Shown: positions 50,438 to 60,581, counted from the stretch's first letter. The stretch is DNA of 64,000 bases from Planctomycetota bacterium (GCA_045863855.1 BTVV01000017.1:1-64000); one strand, 5' to 3'. The notes: generated from the sequence alone by a model not told the origin. Made by a program: numbers and translations.

Positions 50438-50773
50438 TTACTCGTCGTCATCCGTCCCGCGCTTGCGTTCTTCGCGAGGGGGCTTGATTTTCAGGCGCTG
50501 GTACACGCGCAGCTTGCTGCCGGGCGGGACATCGGACGATTTCAGGCCGTCCACCACCAAGTCGCCCCCCACGCGCTGCTGCGAGGGGTAAATGTCGAGG
50601 ATGCAGGTCTTGCGCGCTTTGCCATCGGGCTTCACGATCTCGACGATATCGCGCTGCCGCGCGGTGAAATCGGGCGATGTTTCCGGACCGCCGACCAGCA
50701 CGAGGCCCTGCAGGAGAACCTCGTACGTCTTTTCGATCACGAACCAAGGCGTGTCTTCATGAGCGTCGGGCAT
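50438..50773 (-). CDS. Hypothetical protein, possible EF-Tu domain II-like beta-barrel
   Basis: Fills the gap between co-directional genes; start ATG 50773; F.IE....G.V..G, DIVEIV, GLK..DV..G. Confidence 0.6.
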   Translation of the reverse strand: MPDAHEDTPWFVIEKTYEVLLQGLVLVGGPETSPDFTARQRDIVEIVKPDGKARKTCILDIYPSQQRVGGDLVVDGLKSSDVPPGSKLRVYQRLKIKPPREERKRGTDDDE

Positions 50774-50850
50774 GTTCGAATTTCCGCGCGGCGGGGCTAG
50801 AGAGGCATGCGCTCGCCGATCCACGATTTCAAACCAGGAACCTTGGCGGA

Positions 50851-52500
50851 TCAGACCGCGGCCAGCTTGCGGTATTCGCCCCAAACCTGTCGACAGATGC
50901 CGCACATTTCGCCTTGGGTCACGCGCACGCGCGCGCAATCGACGAGCGCTGCCATCACGTTTTGATCGTCGCTGCGGCAAGCCGCTTCGAGCTTGCGCAG
51001 CGCGGCTTCGACCTTCAGCGCATCGCGTTCGGCGCGGGTGCGCTGGACGCGCTTCTTCTGCTCTTCTTCGAGCTTCGGGTCGACGTACAGGAGCGTGGGC
51101 TCGGCGGCCTCGGCGCTTTCGAAGCAATTGACGCCGACGATCTTACGTTTGCCCGATTCGACTTCCTTCTGCTGCTGGAAGCTCGAACGTGCGATCTCGC
51201 GCCGGAAGAAGCCGCCGTCTATTGCCGGAAACATCCCGCCCAGTTCTTCGATCTTGCGGAAGTACTCGTAGCACTCGGCTTCCAGGCGATCGGTGAGGGC
51301 CTCGACGAAGTAGCTGCCGCCCAGCGGATCGATGACGTGCGGCACGCCGGTCTCGTAAGCGATCACCTGCTGCGTGCGCAGCGCGATCTGCACGGCTTTC
51401 TCGGTGGGCAGCGCCAAGGCCTCGTCGTAGCTGTTGGTATGCAGGCTCTGCGTCCCGCCCAGCACCGCGGCCAGGGCTTCGATGGCGGTGCGGACGATAT
51501 TATTCTCGGGCTGCTGCGCGGTGAGACTCACCCCGGCCGTCTGGGCGTGCGTGCGCAGGAGCATGCTGCGCGGATTCCGCGCGCCGCGTTTCTTGAGTTC
51601 GCGCGCCCATATTCGCCGCGCCGCGCGGAACTTCGCGATCTCCTCGAAGAAGTCGATGTGTACGTCGAAGAAGAAGCTCAAGCGCGGAGCGAAATCGTCC
51701 AGTTCCAGTCCTGCCTTTACGCCCTCGTCGACGTAACACAGACCGTCGGCAAGCGTGAATGCGAGTTCCTGCCCCGCGGTGCTGCCGGCTTCGCGAATGT
51801 GGTACCCGCTGATCGAAACGGTATTCCACTGCGGCACGTGGTCGCGGCCGTACTTGAAGATGTCGGTGATGATGCGCATCGACGGCTCGGGTCCGACGAG
51901 CCAGGAGTTCTGTGCGTGGTACTCCTTGAGAATGTCGTTTTGAATGGTTCCGCGTAGCTTGTCGCCGGAAACGCCTTGGCGTTCGGCCGCGGCGATGTAG
52001 AAGGCGAAGAGCATCGCGGCGGGGCCGTTGATGGTCATCGAGGTGCTGACCTGATCCATCGGGATGCCGGCGAAGAGCGCGGCCATGTCGTCGACGCTGT
52101 CGATGGCCACGCCGCAGCGGCCCACCTCGCCACGGCTGCGCGCGTGGTCGCTGTCGTAGCCCATCAGCGTTGGGAAATCGAAGGCCACCGACAAACCGGT
52201 CTGGCCGTGTTCGAGCAAGTACTTGAAACGTTCGTTAGTTTCGGTGGCGGTTCCAAAGCCCGCGAACTGGCGCATTGTCCAGAGCCGTCCGCGGTACATC
52301 GTGGCATGAATGCCACGGGTGTAGGGGAATTCGCCCGGCAGGCCCAGATCGCGTTCGTGATCGAGTTTTGCGACATCGGCGCTGGTGTAGAGCGGCTGAA
52401 CCGGCGCACCGCTGAGCGTGGTAAACATGCCGTCCTTGCGCTCGGGCGTGGCCTTGATGGCCGCGTCGTACGCAGATCGCCCGGCTTCAAAACTGGACAT
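50851..52500 (-). CDS. icmA: Acyl-CoA mutase large subunit with isobutyryl-CoA mutase signature
   Basis: [47 protein letters not shown]. Confidence 0.85.
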   Translation of the reverse strand: MSSFEAGRSAYDAAIKATPERKDGMFTTLSGAPVQPLYTSADVAKLDHERDLGLPGEFPYTRGIHATMYRGRLWTMRQFAGFGTATETNERFKYLLEHGQTGLSVAFDFPTLMGYDSDHARSRGEVGRCGVAIDSVDDMAALFAGIPMDQVSTSMTINGPAAMLFAFYIAAAERQGVSGDKLRGTIQNDILKEYHAQNSWLVGPEPSMRIITDIFKYGRDHVPQWNTVSISGYHIREAGSTAGQELAFTLADGLCYVDEGVKAGLELDDFAPRLSFFFDVHIDFFEEIAKFRAARRIWARELKKRGARNPRSMLLRTHAQTAGVSLTAQQPENNIVRTAIEALAAVLGGTQSLHTNSYDEALALPTEKAVQIALRTQQVIAYETGVPHVIDPLGGSYFVEALTDRLEAECYEYFRKIEELGGMFPAIDGGFFRREIARSSFQQQKEVESGKRKIVGVNCFESAEAAEPTLLYVDPKLEEEQKKRVQRTRAERDALKVEAALRKLEAACRSDDQNVMAALVDCARVRVTQGEMCGICRQVWGEYRKLAAV

Positions 52501-52541
52501 TCCGACCCCCTAAAGGAACCCGTTTGCCTTACAGGGGTTAT

Positions 52542-52569
52542 AGTGTACACGATGGGTCGGGAGACTCAA
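52542..52569 (-). promoter_or_regulatory. Putative sigma70 promoter of mutase operon
   Basis: TTGAGT-N16-TACACT on minus strand. Confidence 0.45.
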
Positions 52570-52628
52570 CAGCCTCGCCGTCGACAGGGCTGTGGATTGG
52601 GGATCGATCTGGACCCATTGGTGACGCC

Positions 52629-53033
52629 ATGACCCTCGGCATACTTGGACTACTCGTGTACGCCTTGATCATCGTGGCCCTACTGTACGCGCGCTGGGAT
52701 GTGAATCAGTTCTTGCGCCAACATGCTGTGATTGCCAATAGCAGTGGTCTTGAGGCGTTCAAAAGGCTGGCACGTCGAAACATGAAGGCGGTATTCCCGC
52801 TTACGGCCTTATTCATCGCAGGCATGGGTTTAACGGCGCAATTGATCATTCAGCATCGGCTCATCGGCTTCGTAACGATTTTACTGGTCAATGGGATGGT
52901 GGTGGGGTCAGCGCTTGTCTTAAACAAGGCCGAGAAGCAAGCTCGAGAGTTGTCCTGCGCAGATCCGGCGCTGGAGACCGAATACCGGAGCGTTGCAGAA
53001 TCTTGGCTCAACGATTCTTGGCCCCGGTTCTAG
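52629..53033 (+). CDS. Hypothetical membrane protein (3 TM)
   Basis: ATG 52629, three hydrophobic segments. Confidence 0.7.
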   Translation: MTLGILGLLVYALIIVALLYARWDVNQFLRQHAVIANSSGLEAFKRLARRNMKAVFPLTALFIAGMGLTAQLIIQHRLIGFVTILLVNGMVVGSALVLNKAEKQARELSCADPALETEYRSVAESWLNDSWPRF

Positions 53034-53136
53034 GCTGGTTAGACTCTACGTTTGGCTTCACCGAATCTTCAAATTACCTTCATCGTCAGCACTCTAAAGG
53101 AGCGGCATGATGCGTCTCGTTCCTTGGAGAATGACC

Positions 53137-53379
53137 ATGCCCGCACGTTCCCGCGCTTCCGATATTCTCCGCTATTCTTTTCTTGCGGTCTTTGCGAACG
53201 ACAAGACCATCGACGCTCACGAACTGGCCATGCTGGAACGCATGGCACTGGAAGACCAGAAGATTGACGAGAAGGAGAAGACCGTCCTGCGCAACCTGTT
53301 CTCGCGGGTCACGCAGGCTCAGGTCGAACCCAAAGTCTGGGACGAGATTCAGCTTTTCCGCGCCAAGCATGGGATTTGA
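53137..53379 (+). CDS. Small TerB-like helical protein
   Basis: GGAG RBS; two D-x2-ID-x2-E repeats (NDKTIDAHE, EDQKIDEKE). Confidence 0.6.
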   Translation: MPARSRASDILRYSFLAVFANDKTIDAHELAMLERMALEDQKIDEKEKTVLRNLFSRVTQAQVEPKVWDEIQLFRAKHGI

Positions 53380-53397
53380 ACCCCGCATCCGAATGGT

Positions 53398-53426
53398 TTG
53401 ACGCTACTGGCAAGCTTCGGTAGCCT
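53398..53426 (+). promoter_or_regulatory. Putative sigma70 promoter for the cupin-GT-GT genes
   Basis: TTGACG-N17-TAGCCT, ending 11 nt before ATG 53438. Confidence 0.5.
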
Positions 53427-53437
53427 CTGATCTTGTC

Positions 53438-53944
53438 ATGGAACCCGTTCAAGACCGGCAATCGGTCACGCCCGACGGTACGCCGCTGCAGAAGCTGATT
53501 GCCGGCGTACGGGTGATTCCGTTGATCTCGCATTTGGATGCGCGCGGGTCGATCACGCAGCTCCCGCCCGATCTTTTCGTTCTACCGGTGGTGGACGCGC
53601 ATCAGGTGACCATCCGGCCCGGGATGATCAAGGGCTGGATCATGCACAAGCTTCAGGAAGACCGGCTCTTTTTCTGGCAGGGCGATCTGCGCGTGGTCCT
53701 TTACGACGCGCGGGAGGACTCGGCCACACGGGGCCAATTCAACGATCTGTGCTTCGGCGCCGGGAAGCCGGCGTATTGCGTGATCCCGCCCGGCGTCTTT
53801 CATGCGGTGCAGAATCTGGGACAGGAAACGGCGAGCCACATGAGTTTTCCGACGGTGCCGTACGATCATGTGCGGCCCGACAAGTACCGCTTACCGTTGG
53901 ATACCGACCGCATCCCGTTCGATTTCCACAAGCCGGGGTGGTGA
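53438..53944 (+). CDS. RmlC-like cupin (dTDP-4-dehydrorhamnose 3,5-epimerase-related)
   Basis: DARG, KGW.MH..Q.D, VLYDAREDSAT.G, IPPGVFH. Confidence 0.8.
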   Translation: MEPVQDRQSVTPDGTPLQKLIAGVRVIPLISHLDARGSITQLPPDLFVLPVVDAHQVTIRPGMIKGWIMHKLQEDRLFFWQGDLRVVLYDAREDSATRGQFNDLCFGAGKPAYCVIPPGVFHAVQNLGQETASHMSFPTVPYDHVRPDKYRLPLDTDRIPFDFHKPGW

Positions 53945-54616
53945 ATGCAGGTCACCGTCGCCTTGATCAACTACAAATCGCCCATCATCGAGCGGCTTGA
54001 CGAGGTGGTGATTCCGACGCTTGCACATTACCACGGCGCGGACTTCGAGATTCTGGTCGTCGATAACGAGCCCGAGCCGAATCGGGAACTTATCGAGTAT
54101 CTGCGCGAGTGCCTGGTGCCGTTCAAGTACTTCTGGAACGAAGGCCAAAACCTGATGGTCGCCGCGTCCAAGAACATTATCTACGAAGAAGCGCAGTACC
54201 CGTACCTCGTTTACATCTGTGCGAACCACGGCCGAATGTACGATCCGACGTGGCTGGAGGATATGCTCAAGCCGTTCGAAGTTCCCGAGGTTGCCATGAC
54301 CGGCACGTTGACGACTTATCCGCTCAGTCATATCGACGAAGGCGAGGGCGAAGGGGTCTTCGTGCAGGGCGGGGTCCTGGCCGCCCGCGTGGAAGTCATG
54401 CGCAGGCACCCGATGTCGCCGCTTTTTCCGCATTACCATTCGGATAAATGGATCGGCTTCGAACTACAAAAGCACGGCTACAAATTGGCGCACGTGAAGA
54501 CCGTCCTGTCGCTTTGGAGGCAGAAAGCGCCAGAGCAACACGATTACAAATACGTTCACGACGAAAACTTCGTCGAGTCGCCGCTTTCGGGGAAGGACGT
54601 TCCAAATTCCGAATGA
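53945..54616 (+). CDS. Glycosyltransferase family 2-like protein
   Basis: VTVALINY, FEILVVDN, N...A.SKN, WLE.ML. Confidence 0.65.
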   Translation: MQVTVALINYKSPIIERLDEVVIPTLAHYHGADFEILVVDNEPEPNRELIEYLRECLVPFKYFWNEGQNLMVAASKNIIYEEAQYPYLVYICANHGRMYDPTWLEDMLKPFEVPEVAMTGTLTTYPLSHIDEGEGEGVFVQGGVLAARVEVMRRHPMSPLFPHYHSDKWIGFELQKHGYKLAHVKTVLSLWRQKAPEQHDYKYVHDENFVESPLSGKDVPNSE

Positions 54617-54706
54617 GAGCGGCACCGGAGGCGGGCCGCATGCCGGCTAGTCGCCGGAATTGCGCGCGAATTCAAAGTACAAACAGGCCGGCAGGAGTCC
54701 TTGCTC

Positions 54707-55702
54707 ATGAATTCAAGTTCAAGCCGGATTCGCGTGCTCTATGTCGTAGAGCGCTTTCCTCAGCTTTCCGAGACCTATATTCACGCCGAAATCGCGGCAC
54801 TAAAGAACGATTACGATATTCGTGTCTTCGCCCTGCAGCCCGCCAACGCTCAGGCGAAAGAGCACTATCCATACACCCTCAAACAACATCCGGCTCATTT
54901 GAGGGAAGTCATTCGAGAGTTCAAGCCCAACGTACTGCATACGCATTACGCTACCTTGATCCCCAATCTGGAGCGCATTTCCGCGAATAACCGTGTGCCC
55001 TACACGGTTCGCGCGCATTCCTTCGATACCGACGGGTACCGGCCGCCCGATTTGCGAGTCTCGGACTATTGCCTGGGCGTGCTTTCGTTCCCCTATACGC
55101 GTTCCGTGCTGGAGTCCGCCAAGATTCCGAAAGACCGCATCCTCGATTGCTGGCCTGTGATCGATTTCGCGCGCTTTCACGATACGGCCCCCAACGGAAA
55201 TGCAATTCTGAACTTGGGCGCGTCACTGCCTAAGAAAAACTTCCAGGACTTTCTGGAATTGGGCGCACTCATGCGCGGGCGAGAATTCAATCTTTACTCT
55301 ATTGGATACAATACGCCTCAATTGATCGAGAAAAATCGTGAAATGGGCGCCCCTGTCCGCATATTGCCTCCGGTGGAGCACAGCCAGATGCCGGGAGTCT
55401 ATAAGAAGCATCAGTGGCTCGTCTATACCGCGAACAAGAAGCTGGGCAACGTGGGCTGGCCTTTGGCGTTGGCTGAGGCGATGGCCGCGGGTACTGGCGT
55501 TTGTATGCAGAATCTGCGCCCAGACTTAAAGCAGTTTCTGGGAGGCGCCGGATTCTTGTTCGATTCCGTTCAGGAATTGCCTCGTATCGTGTCGCAGCCA
55601 GTGCCTCATGAAATGCGTGAGCTGGGATTCAAGGTGGCCAAGCGTTCGGACATCAACGTCCACAAGAAGCTGTTGACCGACCTATGGGACCGCTGCGCGT
55701 AA
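54707..55702 (+). CDS. Glycosyltransferase family 4-like (GT-B) protein
   Basis: FPQLSETYI..EI, LHTHY, HSFD, KKN, PLALAEAMAAG; GGAG RBS. Confidence 0.75.
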   Translation: MNSSSSRIRVLYVVERFPQLSETYIHAEIAALKNDYDIRVFALQPANAQAKEHYPYTLKQHPAHLREVIREFKPNVLHTHYATLIPNLERISANNRVPYTVRAHSFDTDGYRPPDLRVSDYCLGVLSFPYTRSVLESAKIPKDRILDCWPVIDFARFHDTAPNGNAILNLGASLPKKNFQDFLELGALMRGREFNLYSIGYNTPQLIEKNREMGAPVRILPPVEHSQMPGVYKKHQWLVYTANKKLGNVGWPLALAEAMAAGTGVCMQNLRPDLKQFLGGAGFLFDSVQELPRIVSQPVPHEMRELGFKVAKRSDINVHKKLLTDLWDRCA

Positions 55703-55704
55703 AC

Positions 55705-56862
55705 CTACGCGGGCTGATACGCTTTCAGCGTGTTCGCCGCGATCACCAGACGCTGGATTTCGCTCGTCCCTTCGTACAGCCGGCAGATGCGCACGTCACG
55801 GTAATGCCGCTCGACGTCGTATTCCTTGATGAAGCCGTATCCGCCGTGCATCTGCAGCGCGCGGTCGCAGGCCCGAAACGCCGCTTCGCTGGCAAAGAGC
55901 TTGGCCATGCTCGCTTCGGTCGTGTAGCGCCCCGTGCCGGCATCCTTGAGTCGCGCCGCGCGAACCATCAGCAACTCCGCCGCGTCCAGCTCCGTCGCGC
56001 TGTCGGCGATCATCCACTGGATGGCCTGGAGCTTCGCCAGCGGCGCGCCAAATTGCTCGCGCGTACTGACGTGCCTGCACCCGGCCTCCAAAGCCGCGCG
56101 GCCGATGCCCAGCGCTTGCGCCGCGATCCCGATGCGCCCGCCATCGAGTGTCTCCAGCGCGACGCTGAAGCCTTTGCCGCGCGGACCGAGTATGTTCGAC
56201 TTGGGCACCTTGCACTTATTGAAGACGATCTCCACCGTAGCGCTCGCGTTGATGCCCAGCTTGTGCTCCTGCTTGCCCCAAGCGAAGCCCGGAAAGGTCG
56301 GCTCCACGATGAAGGCGCTGATGCCGCGGTGCGCTTTGGTTTTGTCTTCGGTTGCGTAGACCACCACCACGCCGGCGTGATTCCCGTTGGTGACGAAGAG
56401 CTTGGTGCCGTTCAGCTCGAAGTGGTCTTCGCGCTCCTGAAAGACCGTATGCAGGTTGGCGGCGTCCGATCCGCTGCCGGGTTCGGTCAGCGCGTAGGCG
56501 CCGAGCTTTTCCCCACCGGCCAGCGGGACGAGGTATTTCTGTTTCTGCTCTTCGGTGCCGTGCTTTAGGATCGGATCGACGCACAAGCTCGTGTGCGCGC
56601 TCAGGATCACCCCGGTGCTCGCGCAGGCGCGGCTGATCTCGTAAATCGCATAAGCATAAGCCGTGGCGGTACAACCGGCCCCGCCGTAGGCTTCGGGGAC
56701 GTACACGCCCATCAGGCCCTGCGCGGCCATTTCCTCGACCAGTTCAGCCGGGAAGCGCCCCGTCTCGTCCAGTTCCCGTGCGAGTGGCTTGACCTTCTTG
56801 GCGGCGAATTCGATGGCGGTATCGCGGACGGCTTGTTCCATCTCGTCGAGGGTGAGCTGCAT
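55705..56862 (-). CDS. Acyl-CoA dehydrogenase (short/branched chain)
   Basis: ALTEPGSGSD, LNGTK.FVTNG, KLGI.AS, GRIG, REQFG, QMHGGYG, YEGTSEIQR. Confidence 0.93.
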   Translation of the reverse strand: MQLTLDEMEQAVRDTAIEFAAKKVKPLARELDETGRFPAELVEEMAAQGLMGVYVPEAYGGAGCTATAYAYAIYEISRACASTGVILSAHTSLCVDPILKHGTEEQKQKYLVPLAGGEKLGAYALTEPGSGSDAANLHTVFQEREDHFELNGTKLFVTNGNHAGVVVVYATEDKTKAHRGISAFIVEPTFPGFAWGKQEHKLGINASATVEIVFNKCKVPKSNILGPRGKGFSVALETLDGGRIGIAAQALGIGRAALEAGCRHVSTREQFGAPLAKLQAIQWMIADSATELDAAELLMVRAARLKDAGTGRYTTEASMAKLFASEAAFRACDRALQMHGGYGFIKEYDVERHYRDVRICRLYEGTSEIQRLVIAANTLKAYQPA

Positions 56863-56895
56863 GGGGAGTCCTTTCGTAGTGGGACTTAGACGCGT

Positions 56896-56924
56896 AGTAT
56901 AGACCTCCGGCGCTTTACCTGCAA
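56896..56924 (-). promoter_or_regulatory. Putative sigma70 promoter of acyl-CoA dehydrogenase
   Basis: TTGCAG-N17-TATACT. Confidence 0.55.
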
Positions 56925-57069
56925 AGGCGCTCAGGCGCGCGGGTTCCGACCCCCGAGAGGCCGGAATTTGGGATTGCGCAAGTGCGCGAGACGCCTACAA
57001 TACCCAACCTTTACGCCTCCTGGTCGGAGGCCACGCAGGAAAGTCGCTTCAAGCAAGGGAGTACCGGTC

Positions 57070-57315
57070 ATGTCGATCCATCAAAGCCTACGTTCTTCCA
57101 GTTCGATGACTAAGCATCGCAACGTGTTGACGCGCCTGGAGCGCCTCGCGCGCTTGGCCGACGAAGAGCGCTGGGATGAGAGCAAGTCGGTTTGCGGATT
57201 GCCCAAGGTGCGCAGCATCAAGCTAAAGGCCAAGAAGAAAGCGAAGAAGGAAGCGGCGGAAGGCGATGCCGCGGCCGGAGCTGCCGCCGCGCCGGCTCCG
57301 GGCGCCAAGGCTTAA
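57070..57315 (+). CDS. PVC-superphylum small basic protein (TIGR04137-like)
   Basis: MSIHQSL..KHRNVLTRLER..W...SV.GLPKVR plus Lys-rich tail; GGGAG RBS; upstream TTGCGC-N16-TACAAT. Confidence 0.88.
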   Translation: MSIHQSLRSSSSMTKHRNVLTRLERLARLADEERWDESKSVCGLPKVRSIKLKAKKKAKKEAAEGDAAAGAAAAPAPGAKA

Positions 57316-57344
57316 GCGCTACGGTTGGTTTATCCAGCATTACG

Positions 57345-57377
57345 AACCGGCTCCCCCATGGGGGCCGGTTTTTTTTA
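57345..57377 (+). terminator. Intrinsic terminator between convergent genes
   Basis: AACCGGCTCCC-CCAT-GGGGGCCGGTT followed by T-run. Confidence 0.8.
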
Positions 57378-57980
57378 TGGCGCGGCTTTGGCGGCTTCTT
57401 CGGCTTCCAGGTCGCTGCGGTGTTCGTTCCACCAAGCCTGCCATTGCTGAGCCAGGTCGGCGGCGTTTTCGGCGTCCTTGAACTCATGCCCGCTCAGCTC
57501 ACTCAGCGCTTTGTGCAGGCGATATGCCCAGGCCAATTCGGGCTTGGGTTTTTCGGCCTCGCGGGTTAGCGCCGTGGTTAAGGCGCGTATGGCCGGCCCG
57601 CGCAGTTTCGATTTGCTCAACGCCGCCGCGGCTTCCTGCCTCACCTCAAGCACTTGATCGTACAGCGGTCCCATCAAGGGTTTGACGAAGTAGCCGCTCG
57701 GATCGTCGGTTTCGGCGATGACGCGGCAGGCGTTGCGGCGAACGCCTGGATCGGTGAATCCCAGCAACCCTGTCAGCGCGGCATAGGCCTCTTTGCTTTT
57801 CAGGCCCCGCAGCATGTAGACCGCGTCGGCTTTCAATTCGGGCTTATCGGCTTTGGAGATGGTCTGCCAGAAGGCCTGGACTTGCGCTTTATCGTCGAGC
57901 GGTGGGGCGTTCTCTCCCGCGCGCACGCCCATGGCGGTCAGCAGGCAAACGGCGATTACCTCAAGAATCGGCGAACGCAT
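57375..57980 (-). CDS. Exported HEAT-repeat protein
   Basis: Signal peptide; D..VRRNA..I and D..LEVRQEAAAAL repeats; ALSELSG..F..W.AWW. Confidence 0.8.
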   Translation of the reverse strand: MRSPILEVIAVCLLTAMGVRAGENAPPLDDKAQVQAFWQTISKADKPELKADAVYMLRGLKSKEAYAALTGLLGFTDPGVRRNACRVIAETDDPSGYFVKPLMGPLYDQVLEVRQEAAAALSKSKLRGPAIRALTTALTREAEKPKPELAWAYRLHKALSELSGHEFKDAENAADLAQQWQAWWNEHRSDLEAEEAAKAAP

Positions 57981-58034
57981 GGCAGCCCCTCCCTACCTGG
58001 CGCTCACAGTATACCCCATGCACCGCCCAATGAA

Positions 58035-59348
58035 TCAGGCGCGGGCGGCGGCTTGCAGTTCGGCGTAGATCGGAAAGGCGTCGGCCAGTTCCTGGGTCTC
58101 GGCGCGGAGACGCTCGTGCACGGCGGCGTCTTTCGGCGCGGCCAAAGCGGTCTGAATGATCCCCGCGATACGGCGGAATTCGGCTTCCTTCATGCCGCGC
58201 GTCGTAAGGGCGGGGGAGCCCATGCGTACCCCGCTGGTCTGCAGCGGCGGGCGCGGATCGTTAGGTACCAAGTTTGCGTTAACGGTGATCCCGATCTTGT
58301 CGAGCAAGTCGCTGGCCTGCTTTCCGTTTAGCTTGTGCTGGCGCAGGTCGAGCAGAATCAAGTGGTTGTCGGTGCCGCCGCTGACCACATGGAGGTCTTT
58401 GGCCATCAGCGCTTCGGCAAGCGCTTGGGCGTTCTTGATGATCTGCGCCCCGTAAGCCTTGAAATCCGGCTGCAAGGCCTCGCGGAAGGCCACGGCCTTC
58501 GCGGCAATCACGTGCATCAGCGGGCCGCCCTGCACGCCGGGGATGACCATGCTGTCGAGGAGTTCGGACATCATCAGCGTCCGGCCGCTCTTGGCCGCCG
58601 TGCGCCCAAAGGGATTCTCGAAATCCTTGCCCATCAGGATCAGGCCACCGCGCGGTCCGCGCAGCGTCTTGTGCGTGGTGGTCGTAACCACATGCGCGTG
58701 CGGCACGGGGCTGGGCAGCAGGCCGGCGGCGATCAGACCCGCCGGATGCGCGATGTCGGCGAAGAGGAACGCGCCGGCACGATCGGCGATCTCGCGGAAC
58801 TTCGCGTAATCGATCGCGCGCGGGTAGGCGCTGGCCCCGACGGTGATCATCTTCGGCTTGTGCTCTTGGGCGAGCGCGTTCACCTTGTCGTAATCGATCC
58901 GCTCGGTTTTCTCGTCGACGCCGTAGGCGACGAACTTGTAGAGCATCCCCGAGAAGTTTTTGGGGCTCCCGTGCGTCAGATGCCCGCCGTGGGAGAGGTC
59001 CATCCCCATCACGGTGTCGCCGGGCTTGAGGAAGGTGAAGTAGACGGCGGTATTGGCCTGCGTCCCGCTGTGCGGCTGGACATTGGCGTAGACGGCGCCG
59101 AAGAGCTTCTTGGCGCGGTCGAGCGCGATGTTCTCGGCCACGTCCACGCATTCGCAGCCGTTGTAGTAGCGCTTGCCGGGATAGCCTTCGGCGTATTTGT
59201 TGGTCAGCACCGAACCCACGGCTTCCATCACCGCCAGCGACGTGTAGTTCTCGCTCGCGATCATTTCAAGCTGGCGCTGCTGGCGGGTCAGTTCGGACGC
59301 GACGGCGGCGTACAGTTCGGGGTCGGCTTGGCGGAGCAGGTCGGTCAT
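58035..59348 (-). CDS. glyA: Serine hydroxymethyltransferase (canonical)
   Basis: [49 protein letters not shown] before ATG 59348. Confidence 0.96.
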   Translation of the reverse strand: MTDLLRQADPELYAAVASELTRQQRQLEMIASENYTSLAVMEAVGSVLTNKYAEGYPGKRYYNGCECVDVAENIALDRAKKLFGAVYANVQPHSGTQANTAVYFTFLKPGDTVMGMDLSHGGHLTHGSPKNFSGMLYKFVAYGVDEKTERIDYDKVNALAQEHKPKMITVGASAYPRAIDYAKFREIADRAGAFLFADIAHPAGLIAAGLLPSPVPHAHVVTTTTHKTLRGPRGGLILMGKDFENPFGRTAAKSGRTLMMSELLDSMVIPGVQGGPLMHVIAAKAVAFREALQPDFKAYGAQIIKNAQALAEALMAKDLHVVSGGTDNHLILLDLRQHKLNGKQASDLLDKIGITVNANLVPNDPRPPLQTSGVRMGSPALTTRGMKEAEFRRIAGIIQTALAAPKDAAVHERLRAETQELADAFPIYAELQAAARA

Positions 59349-59590
59349 CGGCGGAACCTCGCTGGGCGTATCGTTGGAAGCCGGCGGCGTTTCGCCGGAA
59401 CCTTTCTTTTCGGCGTTTTCACAGCGCGCGTCAATCCACTGACCCAAGTGCAATTAAGTGCACGAGGTGTTTAGCGCTGCGAAGGCGCATGAATCTCAGT
59501 TCGCTTGTGCATTGTACCCGTCCGCCGCTCGCGCTACCGTGTACCTCCCGTTGATTAAAGGCAACTTCCTGTTGAGAGCGAGGGCATGCC

Positions 59591-60370
59591 ATGGGTATCG
59601 AGTGCATCGAACTGACCTGCGGAAGCACCCGAGTGGAAGCGGTTCCTTCGCGCGGAGCCATCGTCGTCGGCCTGCGTGTGGGCGGCAAAGAGGTGCTCTA
59701 CCTCGACCGCGCGACGCTGGAAGATCCGGCGAAGAACGTACGCGGCGGGATCCCGACCTTATTTCCGTACGCGGGCAAGCTGGAGAACGAGAATTTCCTG
59801 CCTGCCGGAACGAAGATGAAGCAGCACGGCTTCGGACGCAACAAGCCGTGGCCGGCCAGCGAACGGACGGCTTCCCGCCTGCGCATGCGTCTGGAAGCCG
59901 ATGCCGAGACGCGCGCGATGTACCCGTACCAGTTTGAAGCCGAGCAGACCGTCTGGGCACTGCCCGCCGGCTTGCATCTGGAAATGCGCGTCGAGAACCT
60001 CGGCGATGTCCCATTGCCGGTCTCGCCCGGCTGGCATCCGTACTTCTGCTGTCCCGCGGACCAGAAGCCGAACGTAAAGGCCGACGTGGCGGGAATCACG
60101 GGCGACAAGCTGGGCAACGAGATCGAATTCGATTTCGGCGTCCCCGCTCCGGTAGCCGGCCGCACGAACTTTCAGGTTCCCGAACTGGGCGGCCTCTCGA
60201 TCAGCTTCGAGCCGCGCATGCGGCACATGCAGGTCTGGTCCCAGCCGGGCAAGCCGTTCATCTGCCTGGAGCCGTTCTGGGGGCCGAACAATACCGTGAA
60301 CACGCCGCGCCGGGACGAGGTGCCACCCGGCGCTGCGCGCGTGTACTGGATGCGCATCGAATTGGAATAA
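59591..60370 (+). CDS. Aldose 1-epimerase family protein
   Basis: RGGIPTLFP, QHGFGRN, YPY.F, GWHPYF, FICLEP. Confidence 0.88.
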   Translation: MGIECIELTCGSTRVEAVPSRGAIVVGLRVGGKEVLYLDRATLEDPAKNVRGGIPTLFPYAGKLENENFLPAGTKMKQHGFGRNKPWPASERTASRLRMRLEADAETRAMYPYQFEAEQTVWALPAGLHLEMRVENLGDVPLPVSPGWHPYFCCPADQKPNVKADVAGITGDKLGNEIEFDFGVPAPVAGRTNFQVPELGGLSISFEPRMRHMQVWSQPGKPFICLEPFWGPNNTVNTPRRDEVPPGAARVYWMRIELE

Positions 60371-60377
60371 AGCGCAC

Positions 60378-60581
60378 TCAGCCCCAAATCTGGGCATTCG
60401 GCGAGCGCTGGGGCGGTGTGGTGCCCCAGATCGCCTGGTTGGGCGGTTTGTCGTAAGGCGCCTGCCGCCCAGCGCTCAATAGCCATGTGCCGAATGCCGC
60501 GATCATGGCGGCGCAGAGCATCCCGCCAAACCAGAGCAGCAACATGAATAAGGCGCCGATGAGCGGGAACGTGGTTTCCAT
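60378..60581 (-). CDS. Small hypothetical membrane protein
   Basis: AAGGAG RBS, hydrophobic N-half, two N(Q/A)xIWG-like tail motifs. Confidence 0.6.
   Translation of the reverse strand: METTFPLIGALFMLLLWFGGMLCAAMIAAFGTWLLSAGRQAPYDKPPNQAIWGTTPPQRSPNAQIWG

Noticed and set aside
59349..59590. ZTP or THF riboswitch upstream of glyA
   Set aside because: Conserved aptamer motifs not found by eye
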